The position numbers and the translations under genes are program-made. The notes beneath the pieces were generated by a model. That model was given only the letters and a program-made list of their open reading frames with translations. It searched no databases and had not been told where the DNA came from. Shown piece after piece: positions 47,123-56,286 of a DNA stretch of 64,000 nucleotides. Each line of letters opens with the position of its first letter. Position 1 is the stretch's first letter. This stretch comes from an uncultured Staphylococcaceae bacterium. GTDB lineage: Bacteria > Bacillota_I > Bacilli_A > RFN20 > CAG-826. The DNA lies in the NCBI GenBank assembly GCA_964504595.1, contig CAZDEE010000007.1:725-64724 (forward strand), written 5' to 3'.

Positions 47123-48367
47123 CTACCTCATACAATTTCTTCCATCATAAACTATCTTATCTTTCAATAGTTTTCTATCTATATCAACTATCTGTTTCCA
47201 TTCAGTTAATACCATAATAATATCGCAATGTTCTAGTACATCTTCTATTCTAGGACAATAATATATTTTATCTTTAAACACTTTAGATAAATCATTTAAC
47301 GCTACTGGATCATAAGCATAAATATTTGCTCTTTCTTCTAGTAGCTTATCAATTATATCTATCGAAGGTGCATCTCTTAAATCATTTGTATTAGGCTTAT
47401 ATGTAACACCTAAGATACCAATATTAAGATTTTCTAACGAACTAAAATCTTTCTTTAACTTATCTATCAAAATATATCTTTGACTTTCGTTAACATCAAT
47501 TGTTGATGATACAATTCTTAATTCATAACCTGCTTCTGAAGCAAACTTAACCAAAGCCTTTGTATCCTTAGAAAAGCAAGATCCTCCATAACCAATACCC
47601 GGATTTAAAAACTTATTACCAATACGAGAATCTAATCCCATGCCTAAACGAATATCATTTATATCCGCTCCTAAGATATCACATAAATTAGCTATTTCAT
47701 TAATGAATGATATCTTTGTCGCCAAGAATGAATTACAAGCATATTTCATTAATTCAGAGGTTCTTAAATTAGTAATAACATATGGAAGATTAAATGAATC
47801 ATATATTGCTTTTAATTTTTCTATTGCTATTTTATCATTTGATCCTATTACAATTCTTGAAGCTTCTAACGTATCTTTTAATGCACTTCCTTGAGATAAG
47901 AATTCTGGATTAGAAGCTATATAAAACTTAACATCATTAACTAAATGAGATTTTATATATTCTTCAACTTTCTCATTAGTACAAACTGGTACTGTTGATT
48001 TAATAACAATCACACATTCTTTGTTAATATAATTTGCTATTAAATCAGCGGTATTATAGACAAATGATAAATCACAACTTCCATCTTCTTTTTCTGGAGT
48101 ACCTACACAAATAAATATATAATCACAATCATTAAAGGCTAAACAAGCATCAGTAGTAAATGTTAATCGTTCTTTATTTTCACTTAACATCTCTTCTAAT
48201 TCTGGTTCATAAATAATACATTCACCATCATTTAACCTCTTAATCTTTTCTTCATTAATATCTAAACAAGTAACTTTATAGCCTTTATGAGCAAAACAAA
48301 TAGCGGTTACTAATCCAACGTAACCTACACCAACAACTGTAATTTTAACTTTACTATTTGTTTGCAT
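47123..48367 (-). CDS. ugd: UDP-glucose 6-dehydrogenase family nucleotide-sugar dehydrogenase
   Basis: KITVVGVGYVGLVTAICFA, catalytic GGSCFSKD, GVTYKPNTNDLRDAP. Confidence 0.8.
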   Translation of the reverse strand: MQTNSKVKITVVGVGYVGLVTAICFAHKGYKVTCLDINEEKIKRLNDGECIIYEPELEEMLSENKERLTFTTDACLAFNDCDYIFICVGTPEKEDGSCDLSFVYNTADLIANYINKECVIVIKSTVPVCTNEKVEEYIKSHLVNDVKFYIASNPEFLSQGSALKDTLEASRIVIGSNDKIAIEKLKAIYDSFNLPYVITNLRTSELMKYACNSFLATKISFINEIANLCDILGADINDIRLGMGLDSRIGNKFLNPGIGYGGSCFSKDTKALVKFASEAGYELRIVSSTIDVNESQRYILIDKLKKDFSSLENLNIGILGVTYKPNTNDLRDAPSIDIIDKLLEERANIYAYDPVALNDLSKVFKDKIYYCPRIEDVLEHCDIIMVLTEWKQIVDIDRKLLKDKIVYDGRNCMR

Positions 48368-48380
48368 ATAATTTTACCTC

Positions 48381-49031
48381 TTATACATTAATTGTTTCTT
48401 TTTCTTCAGTATTTTCTTTAACTTTTTCAACTTCCTTAACTTGTTTTCCTTCGACAATATCTTTGCTAGTAAAAACATTAATTACAGTTTTAAATAAAAT
48501 TTTAATATCCAAGAATATATTCATCTTTTTAACATATTCTCCATCAATTTTAGCTTTTTCTTCCACTCCAAGTTCATCACGTCCGGATATTTGAGCTAGC
48601 CCTGATAATCCCGGTCTAACCTTATTAGCGTCATACTTATCTCGTTCCTCTATTAAATCAAATTGATTCCATAATGCAGGTCTAGGTCCAATAACTGACA
48701 TATGACCCATTAAAATATTAAACAACTGAGGCAACTCATCTATACTTGTTTTCCGAATAAACTTTCCCCATCTAGTAATATAAGCTTCTGGATGCTCTAA
48801 TAGATGTGTTGCAGAATCTTTCGGTGCATCTATTTTCATAGACCTAAATTTCCATATTTTAAAAATCTTTTTATTCTTTCCAACTCTTTTTTGCTTAAAA
48901 AGCACAGGGCCTTTTGAATCTAGTTTAATTATAATTGCCACAATAATCATTGGTATTCCTAATACAATAATCGCAATAAAAGAAGCGAATATATCAAAGA
49001 ATCTTTTCCAAAATAAATAATTTTTTTTCAT
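48381..49031 (-). CDS. Undecaprenyl-phosphate sugar phosphotransferase (small Bac_transf priming enzyme)
   Basis: KRFFDIFASFIAIIVL, GPVLFKQKRVGKNKKIFKIWKFRSM, DELPQLFNILMGHMSVIGPRP. Confidence 0.85.
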   Translation of the reverse strand: MKKNYLFWKRFFDIFASFIAIIVLGIPMIIVAIIIKLDSKGPVLFKQKRVGKNKKIFKIWKFRSMKIDAPKDSATHLLEHPEAYITRWGKFIRKTSIDELPQLFNILMGHMSVIGPRPALWNQFDLIEERDKYDANKVRPGLSGLAQISGRDELGVEEKAKIDGEYVKKMNIFLDIKILFKTVINVFTSKDIVEGKQVKEVEKVKENTEEKETINV

Positions 49032-49036
49032 TATCT

Positions 49037-50878
49037 CTACACCCCAACCTTATCTCTTTCTGGTTGATGATAAGTTGTTATAACCTTTGCCAATAAATCT
49101 TTTACAGTTTGAATATCATCAATTTCAAACACTTGTGATATAAATTCAATTTCATCTAAAATAGGAGCAATTTCATCTGGCTTTTCAATGAATATCTTTT
49201 CATTTGCAGTCTTTATTTGATTATCCAAATCTAGAAGTAATTCTTCATATATTTTTTCACCTGGACGTAATCCTGTTATTTCAATAGGTATCTCAACATA
49301 AGGTTCATATCCAGCTTGTCTAATCATTTTTTCCGCTAATGTAATAATTTTTACCGGCTTGCCCATATCCAAAATAAAGATTTCTCCACCTTTTGCATAA
49401 ACAGCGGATTGTAAAATAAGCCCAACCGCCTCAGGAATAGTCATAAAAAATCTTCTCATTTCTAAATCAGTAACAGTTACTGGGCCGCCTTCTTCAATTT
49501 GCTTTTTAAAAAGAGGTATAACCGAGCCATTGCTACCTAAAACATTGCCAAATCTAGTTGCAGAATATTTTGTAGTGTGAGAAAATTCAGAAAAATATTG
49601 AATAATCATTTCTGCAAATCTCTTAGTTGCTCCCATAACATTTGTTGGTCTAACAGCCTTATCTGTAGAAACTAAAACCATTTTTTCAACATTATATTCA
49701 TGACTCAACTTAGCAATGTTGTATGTACCAATCACATTAGACCTAATTGCTTCTGTTGGTGAATCTTCCATTAAAGGAACATGTTTATACGCAGCAGCAT
49801 GAAAAACTAAATTAGGTCTATATAATTTAAAAATGTTTTCCATTCTCTCTTCATTATAAGTAGCTCCAATTAATGTAACTAATTTAATATCGCTATGTTC
49901 TCTTCTAATTTTTCTTAACAAAAATTGTTGAACATCATATACAGCATTTTCATATATATCCAATAAAACAATAGTATTTGGCTTATAATCAAATATTTGT
50001 CTAACGAGCTCAGAACCAATCGATCCTCCCGCTCCTGTAACTAGAACAACTTTATTATTTATAAAATCATTCAACCCATCGTTATCCAATTTAACGGGAT
50101 CACGTGATAATAATTCATCAATATTAACATCAACAATTCTATTTTGACTAACTTTTCCCATTTCCGATAACAATGGTAATCTCTTTATCTTTACATCAAC
50201 ATCATGTAATAATTCAAATATTTCTCTTAATTTATTTTTACTTAAATGCGCTATTGCGATAATAATTTCACTAACATTATATTTTTGGATAATTTCTTTA
50301 ATATTGCAAATAGGTCCTTCTATTGGTATTCCAGAAAATAATTGTCCTATTTTTTTAGAATCATCATCTATAAACGCTACAACTTTATTGTGCATATCAT
50401 CATTATATCGACATTCATCATACACAATTTTTGCTCCCGCTCCTGCTCCAACAACAATTGTCCTTTTAGTTTTTAAATTAGAACGGCGTCTATACAATCG
50501 TGCGATTCTCTTAACACAACGAACGCTTACCAATAAAAAAGTTTCTGATAAAATAATTAAAGCTGCAATAATTATATTTATTTTTGAAACGTTTGGAATA
50601 AATTGTAACACACTATATCCAATTATATCTGTTATGAATGAGAGAATAATTAATTTAAGTGCATCACTTAAACCAAAAATAGAAGTCACCAATCTATATT
50701 GTCCAATAATCGCATAAGGAATCGTTTTAAATAAAACAATGGATATTATAAAAATAATTTCATTTAAACCTAACGAATTACAAGAAATAAATCCTAATAT
50801 ATTCAAAATAAAAATAATCAAAGCGTCAATGACCACTAATCCTATTGTATTAACAATCTTTTTTATTCTTTCATTCAT
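49037..50878 (-). CDS. capD: Membrane-bound UDP-HexNAc 4,6-dehydratase (CapD/PglF/WbpM family)
   Basis: Four N-terminal TM segments, VLVTGAGGSIGSEL, and MGATKRFAE. GGGAG precedes ATG 50876-50878. Confidence 0.85.
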   Translation of the reverse strand: MNERIKKIVNTIGLVVIDALIIFILNILGFISCNSLGLNEIIFIISIVLFKTIPYAIIGQYRLVTSIFGLSDALKLIILSFITDIIGYSVLQFIPNVSKINIIIAALIILSETFLLVSVRCVKRIARLYRRRSNLKTKRTIVVGAGAGAKIVYDECRYNDDMHNKVVAFIDDDSKKIGQLFSGIPIEGPICNIKEIIQKYNVSEIIIAIAHLSKNKLREIFELLHDVDVKIKRLPLLSEMGKVSQNRIVDVNIDELLSRDPVKLDNDGLNDFINNKVVLVTGAGGSIGSELVRQIFDYKPNTIVLLDIYENAVYDVQQFLLRKIRREHSDIKLVTLIGATYNEERMENIFKLYRPNLVFHAAAYKHVPLMEDSPTEAIRSNVIGTYNIAKLSHEYNVEKMVLVSTDKAVRPTNVMGATKRFAEMIIQYFSEFSHTTKYSATRFGNVLGSNGSVIPLFKKQIEEGGPVTVTDLEMRRFFMTIPEAVGLILQSAVYAKGGEIFILDMGKPVKIITLAEKMIRQAGYEPYVEIPIEITGLRPGEKIYEELLLDLDNQIKTANEKIFIEKPDEIAPILDEIEFISQVFEIDDIQTVKDLLAKVITTYHQPERDKVGV

Positions 50879-50902
50879 TCTTTTGCTCCCACAGCTTTAA
50901 AC

Positions 50903-50925
50903 CTATTATATTATCAATATAATAG
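50903..50925. promoter_or_regulatory. Perfect 10+10 inverted repeat in the capD leader
   Basis: ctattatatt-atc-aatataatag, 25 nt upstream of the capD start codon. Entirely A/T except the outer C/G pair. Confidence 0.35.
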
Positions 50926-51232
50926 CGGTATTTAAACTTAAAGTCAATTCAAACCAATTCCGTTACCAAAATAAGGAATATCATTTAAAGCCATAAACAA
51001 TCAACCTCTAATAAGCCTTATTTTACGCTATATAACTATCACTTCTGTAATAATATTAATGTAACTATATGTTAAAAAATATATGTGATGATTAGTTTTA
51101 TTTAATATATTCTATGCCAAGATTATTCCAAGAAAATCTTTATTTTAATGAGTTCAAATTCCAAATAATTATGGCATTTTTCGTCTTAATATATTAAAAT
51201 TAAATATACGAAAGCGAAAGGAAGGTTGCTCT

Positions 51233-51589
51233 ATGGCGGACACAAGAATTAGAGAAATAAGACTTAGAAAAAACTACGCAATGAAATATATTGCCTACCA
51301 TATCGGTGTAAGCATTCAAACAATCAGTAACTGGGAACAAGGTAAAACCGAACCAGATATTAAAAGCTTAGTTAAAATCGCCGATCTATTTAATGTTTCC
51401 TTAGACTACCTTTTATATCGTGATGATTTTAAACCTCAACTTTCAGCAATACTAAAAGATGTTGAAACAAAATCATCTGAAGAAATTAAATTATTAACAA
51501 TTTCATTTTTAAGAAAAATCGCCGAAATGGATATTCCTAAAAAGAAAAAGAAATTACCAGCAAATAACGATAACAATAAAGAAAAATAA
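51233..51589 (+). CDS. XRE-family helix-turn-helix transcriptional regulator
   Basis: IRLRKNYAMKYIAYHIGVSIQTISNWEQGKTEPDIKSLVKIADLFNVSLDYLL is a Cro/CI-type HTH. Divergent from the polysaccharide operon. Confidence 0.8.
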   Translation: MADTRIREIRLRKNYAMKYIAYHIGVSIQTISNWEQGKTEPDIKSLVKIADLFNVSLDYLLYRDDFKPQLSAILKDVETKSSEEIKLLTISFLRKIAEMDIPKKKKKLPANNDNNKEK

Positions 51590-51610
51590 ACTAATTAAAT
51601 ATAACAACTT

Positions 51611-51632
51611 AGGGGACTAAAATCCCCTTTTT
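51611..51632 (+). terminator. Intrinsic terminator after the XRE gene
   Basis: agggga (51611-16) / tcccct (51623-28), a 6-nt loop, then T5. Confidence 0.7.
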
Positions 51633-51693
51633 ATTTAATTAAAAATCTAAAATAATCACTATTCTTCATACTATTTAACTAACTTAATATAAT

Positions 51694-51727
51694 AAAAAAA
51701 GGACAATACGCTACTGTTATCGTCCTT
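51694..51727 (-). terminator. Putative intrinsic terminator after the nuclease gene
   Basis: aaggac / gtcctt plus an inner ata/tat pairing. The minus-strand transcript continues into U7 (the A7 run at 51694-51700). Confidence 0.5.
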
Positions 51728-51740
51728 ATTAAACTATAAA

Positions 51741-54530
51741 TTATCTAACATATTTTCTTTTATTAGTAAAATAATAAATACAAATAGTAATTAAACCTAA
51801 TAAAATAACTAACAAAGGAACAATACTTCTTAATGAAATAACATTAACTAATGTATTTCCTACATTAGATTGATTATTTTCTAAGAAAGTTAATCTCGCT
51901 TTTGCGTATTCTATCGAATGACCAATCTTACAAGTTCCATAATCATTACTAATATCATCAGCGTTATCAACAATATCCTTACCAAAAGTATCTAAATTAT
52001 CATAATCTTTAATTAAATCAGTAAGTATCTTGTTGTTTGTGGAAATATAATCACAGAAACTAGAGCTTGATTCACTATGCATTTCTAACCAAGAATCAAT
52101 GATTTTATTCGCATCACTAACTTTATATATAGCAACATCCTCTTGACCTGAAGCATAACATGCAAATAACGAGCTAGACTTATTATATTTAAGTGTATTA
52201 CGTGTATTAGTACCTTTAGATATAATTGTCGCAATTCCATCTTCATTAATCGAAATTGACCACGAACTATTAATAGATAACGATGTTTCTGTTTTAAGAT
52301 AATTATTACTAGATGATGCTGCATATAAATATCCTGAACCGGTATTAAATGCATATGTATTGTTAACATTACCATTTTCTAAAGTTAATTCTTGAATAAG
52401 ATTATCTGTATATAAATATGAATTAACATCCGTTTTCTTATTAATATTTACTTGCCCTCTATTATTGGGATTTTGTGTTTGACTTAAAGCAACATCGAAT
52501 CCATATGATGCAATAACATAAGTTTCATTTACTTTTAATTCTGAAACATTTTTCACTAATTGATAATATGTTTTATTACCATTAACAACAACTTCACTTT
52601 TTTTATTAACTGTTACTAAACAACTATCTGTTTTATCTCCTGATGTTGCTGTTATAATTGCAGAACCTTCTTTAATTCCAGTAATCATACCATTATTAAC
52701 GGTAACAATATCGTCATTACTGCTTGACCAAGCAACTGTCTTATCAGTCGCATTTTCTGGTAATACTGTCGCGGTTAATGTTCTAGAATCACCAAGATAA
52801 ATATCTAAAGAGTGTTCATTTAAAGTAACACTACTTACAAGAATACTACTAATATATTTATAAGTTAATGAATAAGAAGCAATATATAATGAATTTGCGC
52901 TTGCATTAATTGTTATAACAAGGTTTTCATTTTCTTTTATAGTATACTCAGCAATATTATCTAAATTAACATCGATATACTCACTACTAAAACTACCTGT
53001 CCACTCCGCGAAAGATTGATTTGGAATTGAATATAATGTCGTACTACCTGCTTTAACGGTAACAAAACCAGAACCTTTCGATTGATTTGATTTCATATTC
53101 AAGACTATATCTGTAATTTGATATCCTTTAAAACCTGATAAAGTTAAAGTTGCAGAATTGTTAGCGGTAATTTGAGATTTTGTATTATAAGTTTGTAAAT
53201 AACTTGCAGATGTTCCTTCAGGTGATATTCCACTTGTAGTAACACTCGATTTAGATTCAACTGTATATTTAACTGTGTTTGCAGGAATATTATCTTCCTT
53301 AGAATCTCCTCCGCTTGTAGAACTTACTGTCACTAAACATGAAGCGGTTTTACCATTAGTTGTTGCTGCGGTAATTGTCGCCGTTCCTTCACTAATACCT
53401 CTAACTAAACCATCATCTACTGTTGCAATTTCATTATTACTTGTCGACCATGTCACGGATTTATTTAAAGCATTAGAAGGTTTATATGTTACTTGTAATG
53501 ATTGTAAACTACCAACTGAAATATTAATGTTACTAGGAGTAATAGAAATTGATTGCACTTCAACATCTTTACCTTCATCACATAATGCTCCATTGCCAAC
53601 ATAAGTATCATCCCAAATCATTGTTGCAAATTCAGGATGATCAATAAATGGATTTCTTGTACCTGTAACTGCTGTACAATAATTATTTCTATTCATTTCA
53701 AAATCATCAACTGGATCTAATTCATTCCATTCAAGTAATAAATCAAACGCTGCATTTTCTGTACCTTTAGTCGTATAAACAACACTTGTAATATCTAAAG
53801 CTCCCGTTTTAGAAGTAGTTTTACTATTACTAACATTAGCGCGATTTGCATTCGCGGTAATAGAAGATGAATAATGAGTATACATATACATTAAAATACG
53901 AGCTACATCACCTTTAATTCCATTACGTGGTTCAAATTTACTATCTTTATAATAATTACCTGTTCCATTACCATTATATTTAATTTCCGTTCCTGATTTA
54001 TTTAAATCAGTATATGGATAATTACTTCTTGTGCTATTAATACTTGGATCAGCGGGTCTTAAATGATGGATATCAGCGCCTGCACCTCTATCAGAATTAT
54101 CTGTCTTTTTATATAACCCATTAGAAAGATCCTTTGGCCAAACATGTTCGCGGTTATAATTATTTCCTTCACCCCATAAATTAGAAAAAGATTCACCAGC
54201 ATAAAATAAAATAATATTTGAAGTATTATTTGGATCTTCATCAGAATAAGCTAAACCACTTCTTAATTCAGCATAAGTATTATAATAACGATGTTTAACT
54301 TCCATTAATTCTGCAAGTTGCTCTAACAAAGCATCACCTTTTAAACCAGTAACATCATAGTTAGTTGTGGTATAAAACTCATTAACATCATTTATTTCAT
54401 CAGCGTATGTTGTCACTAAAGGATCACTATTTGTTCTATCATTATCACCCGCTTGTGCAACAACAATATTACTAAAACATGTTCCTAGTAACATCATCAT
54501 TAGAAACGATATCGATTTCCATTTTTTCAT
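51741..54530 (-). CDS. Cell-surface-anchored extracellular nuclease (Endonuclease I family) with two Big_2 Ig-like domains
   Basis: Signal peptide MKKWKSISFLMMMLLG...AQA. NREHVWPKDLSNG...ADIHHLRPADPSINSTRSNYPY matches the Endonuclease_1 pattern. Two ...VTWSTSNNEIATVDDGLVRGISEGTATITA / ...VAWSSSNDDIVTVNNGMITGIKEGSAIITA repeats. C-terminal TM segment VPLLVILLGLITICIYYF followed by basic residues. Confidence 0.7.
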   Translation of the reverse strand: MKKWKSISFLMMMLLGTCFSNIVVAQAGDNDRTNSDPLVTTYADEINDVNEFYTTTNYDVTGLKGDALLEQLAELMEVKHRYYNTYAELRSGLAYSDEDPNNTSNIILFYAGESFSNLWGEGNNYNREHVWPKDLSNGLYKKTDNSDRGAGADIHHLRPADPSINSTRSNYPYTDLNKSGTEIKYNGNGTGNYYKDSKFEPRNGIKGDVARILMYMYTHYSSSITANANRANVSNSKTTSKTGALDITSVVYTTKGTENAAFDLLLEWNELDPVDDFEMNRNNYCTAVTGTRNPFIDHPEFATMIWDDTYVGNGALCDEGKDVEVQSISITPSNINISVGSLQSLQVTYKPSNALNKSVTWSTSNNEIATVDDGLVRGISEGTATITAATTNGKTASCLVTVSSTSGGDSKEDNIPANTVKYTVESKSSVTTSGISPEGTSASYLQTYNTKSQITANNSATLTLSGFKGYQITDIVLNMKSNQSKGSGFVTVKAGSTTLYSIPNQSFAEWTGSFSSEYIDVNLDNIAEYTIKENENLVITINASANSLYIASYSLTYKYISSILVSSVTLNEHSLDIYLGDSRTLTATVLPENATDKTVAWSSSNDDIVTVNNGMITGIKEGSAIITATSGDKTDSCLVTVNKKSEVVVNGNKTYYQLVKNVSELKVNETYVIASYGFDVALSQTQNPNNRGQVNINKKTDVNSYLYTDNLIQELTLENGNVNNTYAFNTGSGYLYAASSSNNYLKTETSLSINSSWSISINEDGIATIISKGTNTRNTLKYNKSSSLFACYASGQEDVAIYKVSDANKIIDSWLEMHSESSSSFCDYISTNNKILTDLIKDYDNLDTFGKDIVDNADDISNDYGTCKIGHSIEYAKARLTFLENNQSNVGNTLVNVISLRSIVPLLVILLGLITICIYYFTNKRKYVR

Positions 54531-54688
54531 ACAAACGTCCTCACTTAAATTAAGTTTACTTTTTAATATTAAATCATATTTGTTAAATTATTGCTAAAAA
54601 ATAATTAAAAATTTAATTATTTAATTCAATTTTTTACTAAACAAAATACTTTATTTATAAATCACACTAACTTAAATATAGTGACATC

Positions 54689-55609
54689 TTATTTAAACAG
54701 TTTTTCCATCTTTAAGATTACTTTTCTTTTTTGTTCAATATTTGGATGTACATAAAGATTCATTGTTGTTGTAATACTTGAATGACCTAAAATCACACTG
54801 ACGGTTTTATAGTCACAATTACTTTCTATACATCTTGTGGCAAAGCTATGCCTTAAACCATGAAACTTTATAACTGGAATATCTAATTTCTTTAATATCT
54901 TCTTAAAATAATTACGATATGTTCTTGGTTCTATAGGATTGATGTCATTAGATATAACATAGTATTCTTTATTTAAGAACTTTTTAAATGATTTAATTAT
55001 TCTATATAATTCACTAGTTAATGGTATTTCTCGATATGAATTAATTGTTTTTGGTTCACTTATTATTATTTCTGTATTCATCTGATCATAATCATATATT
55101 CTCTGTATGGTTTTACCCACAATAAAAATCTTCTTATCAATATCTATATCTTTCCATTTTAATGCGCATATTTCTCCTATTCTTAATCCTGTAGATAAAC
55201 ATATAAATATTCCTAAATTCTTAAAATTAATATTATCTTTTAAATAGTTAATTAATCTCTTTTGATCATTAATTGATAGTATTTCTAGTTTCTTTTTCTC
55301 ACGTTCTGTAGGAAATAACGCTTCTATTTCATGATATTCAATTAAGTTATTCTTCGATCCAAATTTAATAATCATCTTTAATATCATAATGATATCTTTA
55401 ATAGTCTTTTGAGTTAATTTTTCATCAATCTTATTTAAAATAAAACTTTGAATATCTTCATCTAATATTTTCTCCTTCTCTCCAAAATAAGAAACGATAT
55501 GTTTATCCACTAAAGCAACATAAGTAACATATGTTGATTGTTTTACATATCTTTTCTTTTCCTCTTTCCATAAATTAACAATATCTTTAATTTTCATTTG
55601 CTCTTTCAT
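54689..55609 (-). CDS. Tyrosine site-specific recombinase/integrase
   Basis: TGLRIGEICALKWKDID (Arg I), HGLRHSFAT (H-x-x-R), LGHSSITTTMNLYVH (catalytic Tyr); 306 aa. Confidence 0.85.
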   Translation of the reverse strand: MKEQMKIKDIVNLWKEEKKRYVKQSTYVTYVALVDKHIVSYFGEKEKILDEDIQSFILNKIDEKLTQKTIKDIIMILKMIIKFGSKNNLIEYHEIEALFPTEREKKKLEILSINDQKRLINYLKDNINFKNLGIFICLSTGLRIGEICALKWKDIDIDKKIFIVGKTIQRIYDYDQMNTEIIISEPKTINSYREIPLTSELYRIIKSFKKFLNKEYYVISNDINPIEPRTYRNYFKKILKKLDIPVIKFHGLRHSFATRCIESNCDYKTVSVILGHSSITTTMNLYVHPNIEQKRKVILKMEKLFK

Positions 55610-55846
55610 ATATTATTCCTCCTTCAAATGATATAACTAGAATAATAATGATTAAGATAAATTAAAATAGTTCTGTAGGAGATAATATGGATTAACAATT
55701 TTATTTTTAAAACAGATTTAATATATTAAACTTAATATTTAAAATCCATCAATTTCTTGTAGTAATTATTATAATTTGTAATATAGCAAACAGAACGAAA
55801 GAGGAATAACAATTAATGAAAAAAAGAATACTGATATCTATTAACC

Positions 55847-56155
55847 CTAACGAAACTGAACTGCCCTTTCAAAGTTCACTTTAAATCCGACAGCAATAAT
55901 CATTTGTAAATTATAATGATTGGTATTATAAATTTTTCCATCTTCGGCAGTTATTCGAAATTTTCGAGTAGTTGACTCTTTAAGTAATTCATTATCATCA
56001 AAAATTTTCTTAATATGATAATTGATTGTATGCGATTCAACATCAAAAAGTAATCCCATCATTTTTTGAGTCAACCATATATTTTCATCTTCGTATCTAA
56101 CTTCAATATTTTGTGCTTCTTCATCAATGGATGCTATATAAATAAGATATTCAGA
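55847..56155 (-). pseudogene. rhuM: RhuM-family gene remnant (N-terminal third only, no ATG)
   Basis: The open frame reads SEYLIYIASIDEEAQNIEVRYEDENIWLTQKMMGLLFDVESHTINYHIKKIF...HYNLQMIIAVGFKVNFERAVQFR then TAG. Full-length RhuM proteins continue QWAT... for about 200 more aa. Confidence 0.6.
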
Positions 56156-56185
56156 TTATGAACTTTTAATAAGCATTTTTCTTTT

Positions 56186-56203
56186 TTGGTAATTAAAAAC
56201 CAA
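56186..56203 (+). promoter_or_regulatory. Operator-like palindrome copy 1 (TTGGTAATTAAAAACCAA)
   Basis: An 18-nt sequence with 5-bp inverted arms TTGGT/ACCAA, 8 nt upstream of the -35. Identical to the copy at 56253-56270. Confidence 0.55.
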
Positions 56204-56211
56204 AATAATTG

Positions 56212-56239
56212 TTGACACACAAAACCGAAGTAGTATAAT
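56212..56239 (+). promoter_or_regulatory. Near-consensus sigma-A promoter of the methyltransferase gene
   Basis: TTGACA (56212-17), a 16-nt spacer, TATAAT (56234-39), 48 nt upstream of ATG 56287. Confidence 0.65.
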
Positions 56240-56252
56240 TAATAGCGTAAGG

Positions 56253-56270
56253 TTGGTAATTAAAAACCAA
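56253..56270 (+). promoter_or_regulatory. Operator-like palindrome copy 2 (TTGGTAATTAAAAACCAA)
   Basis: The identical 18-mer, 13 nt downstream of the -10 and directly before the RBS GAAAGGAAGG. Confidence 0.55.
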
Positions 56271-56286
56271 GAAAGGAAGGGTCTAT

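Noticed and set aside
54531-54688. A possible att site: the 11-mer TAATTATTTAA near the integrase 3' end also occurs in the 62.3/63.8 kb repeats.
   Set aside because: An 11-nt A/T-only match is expected by chance a few times in 64 kb of this composition.
55816-55884. A 22-codon plus-strand ORF (MKKRILISINPNETELPFQSSL) with an upstream AGAGGA, antisense to the end of the rhuM remnant.
   Set aside because: It is too short and unsupported, and it lies in scar DNA. It cannot be distinguished from chance.
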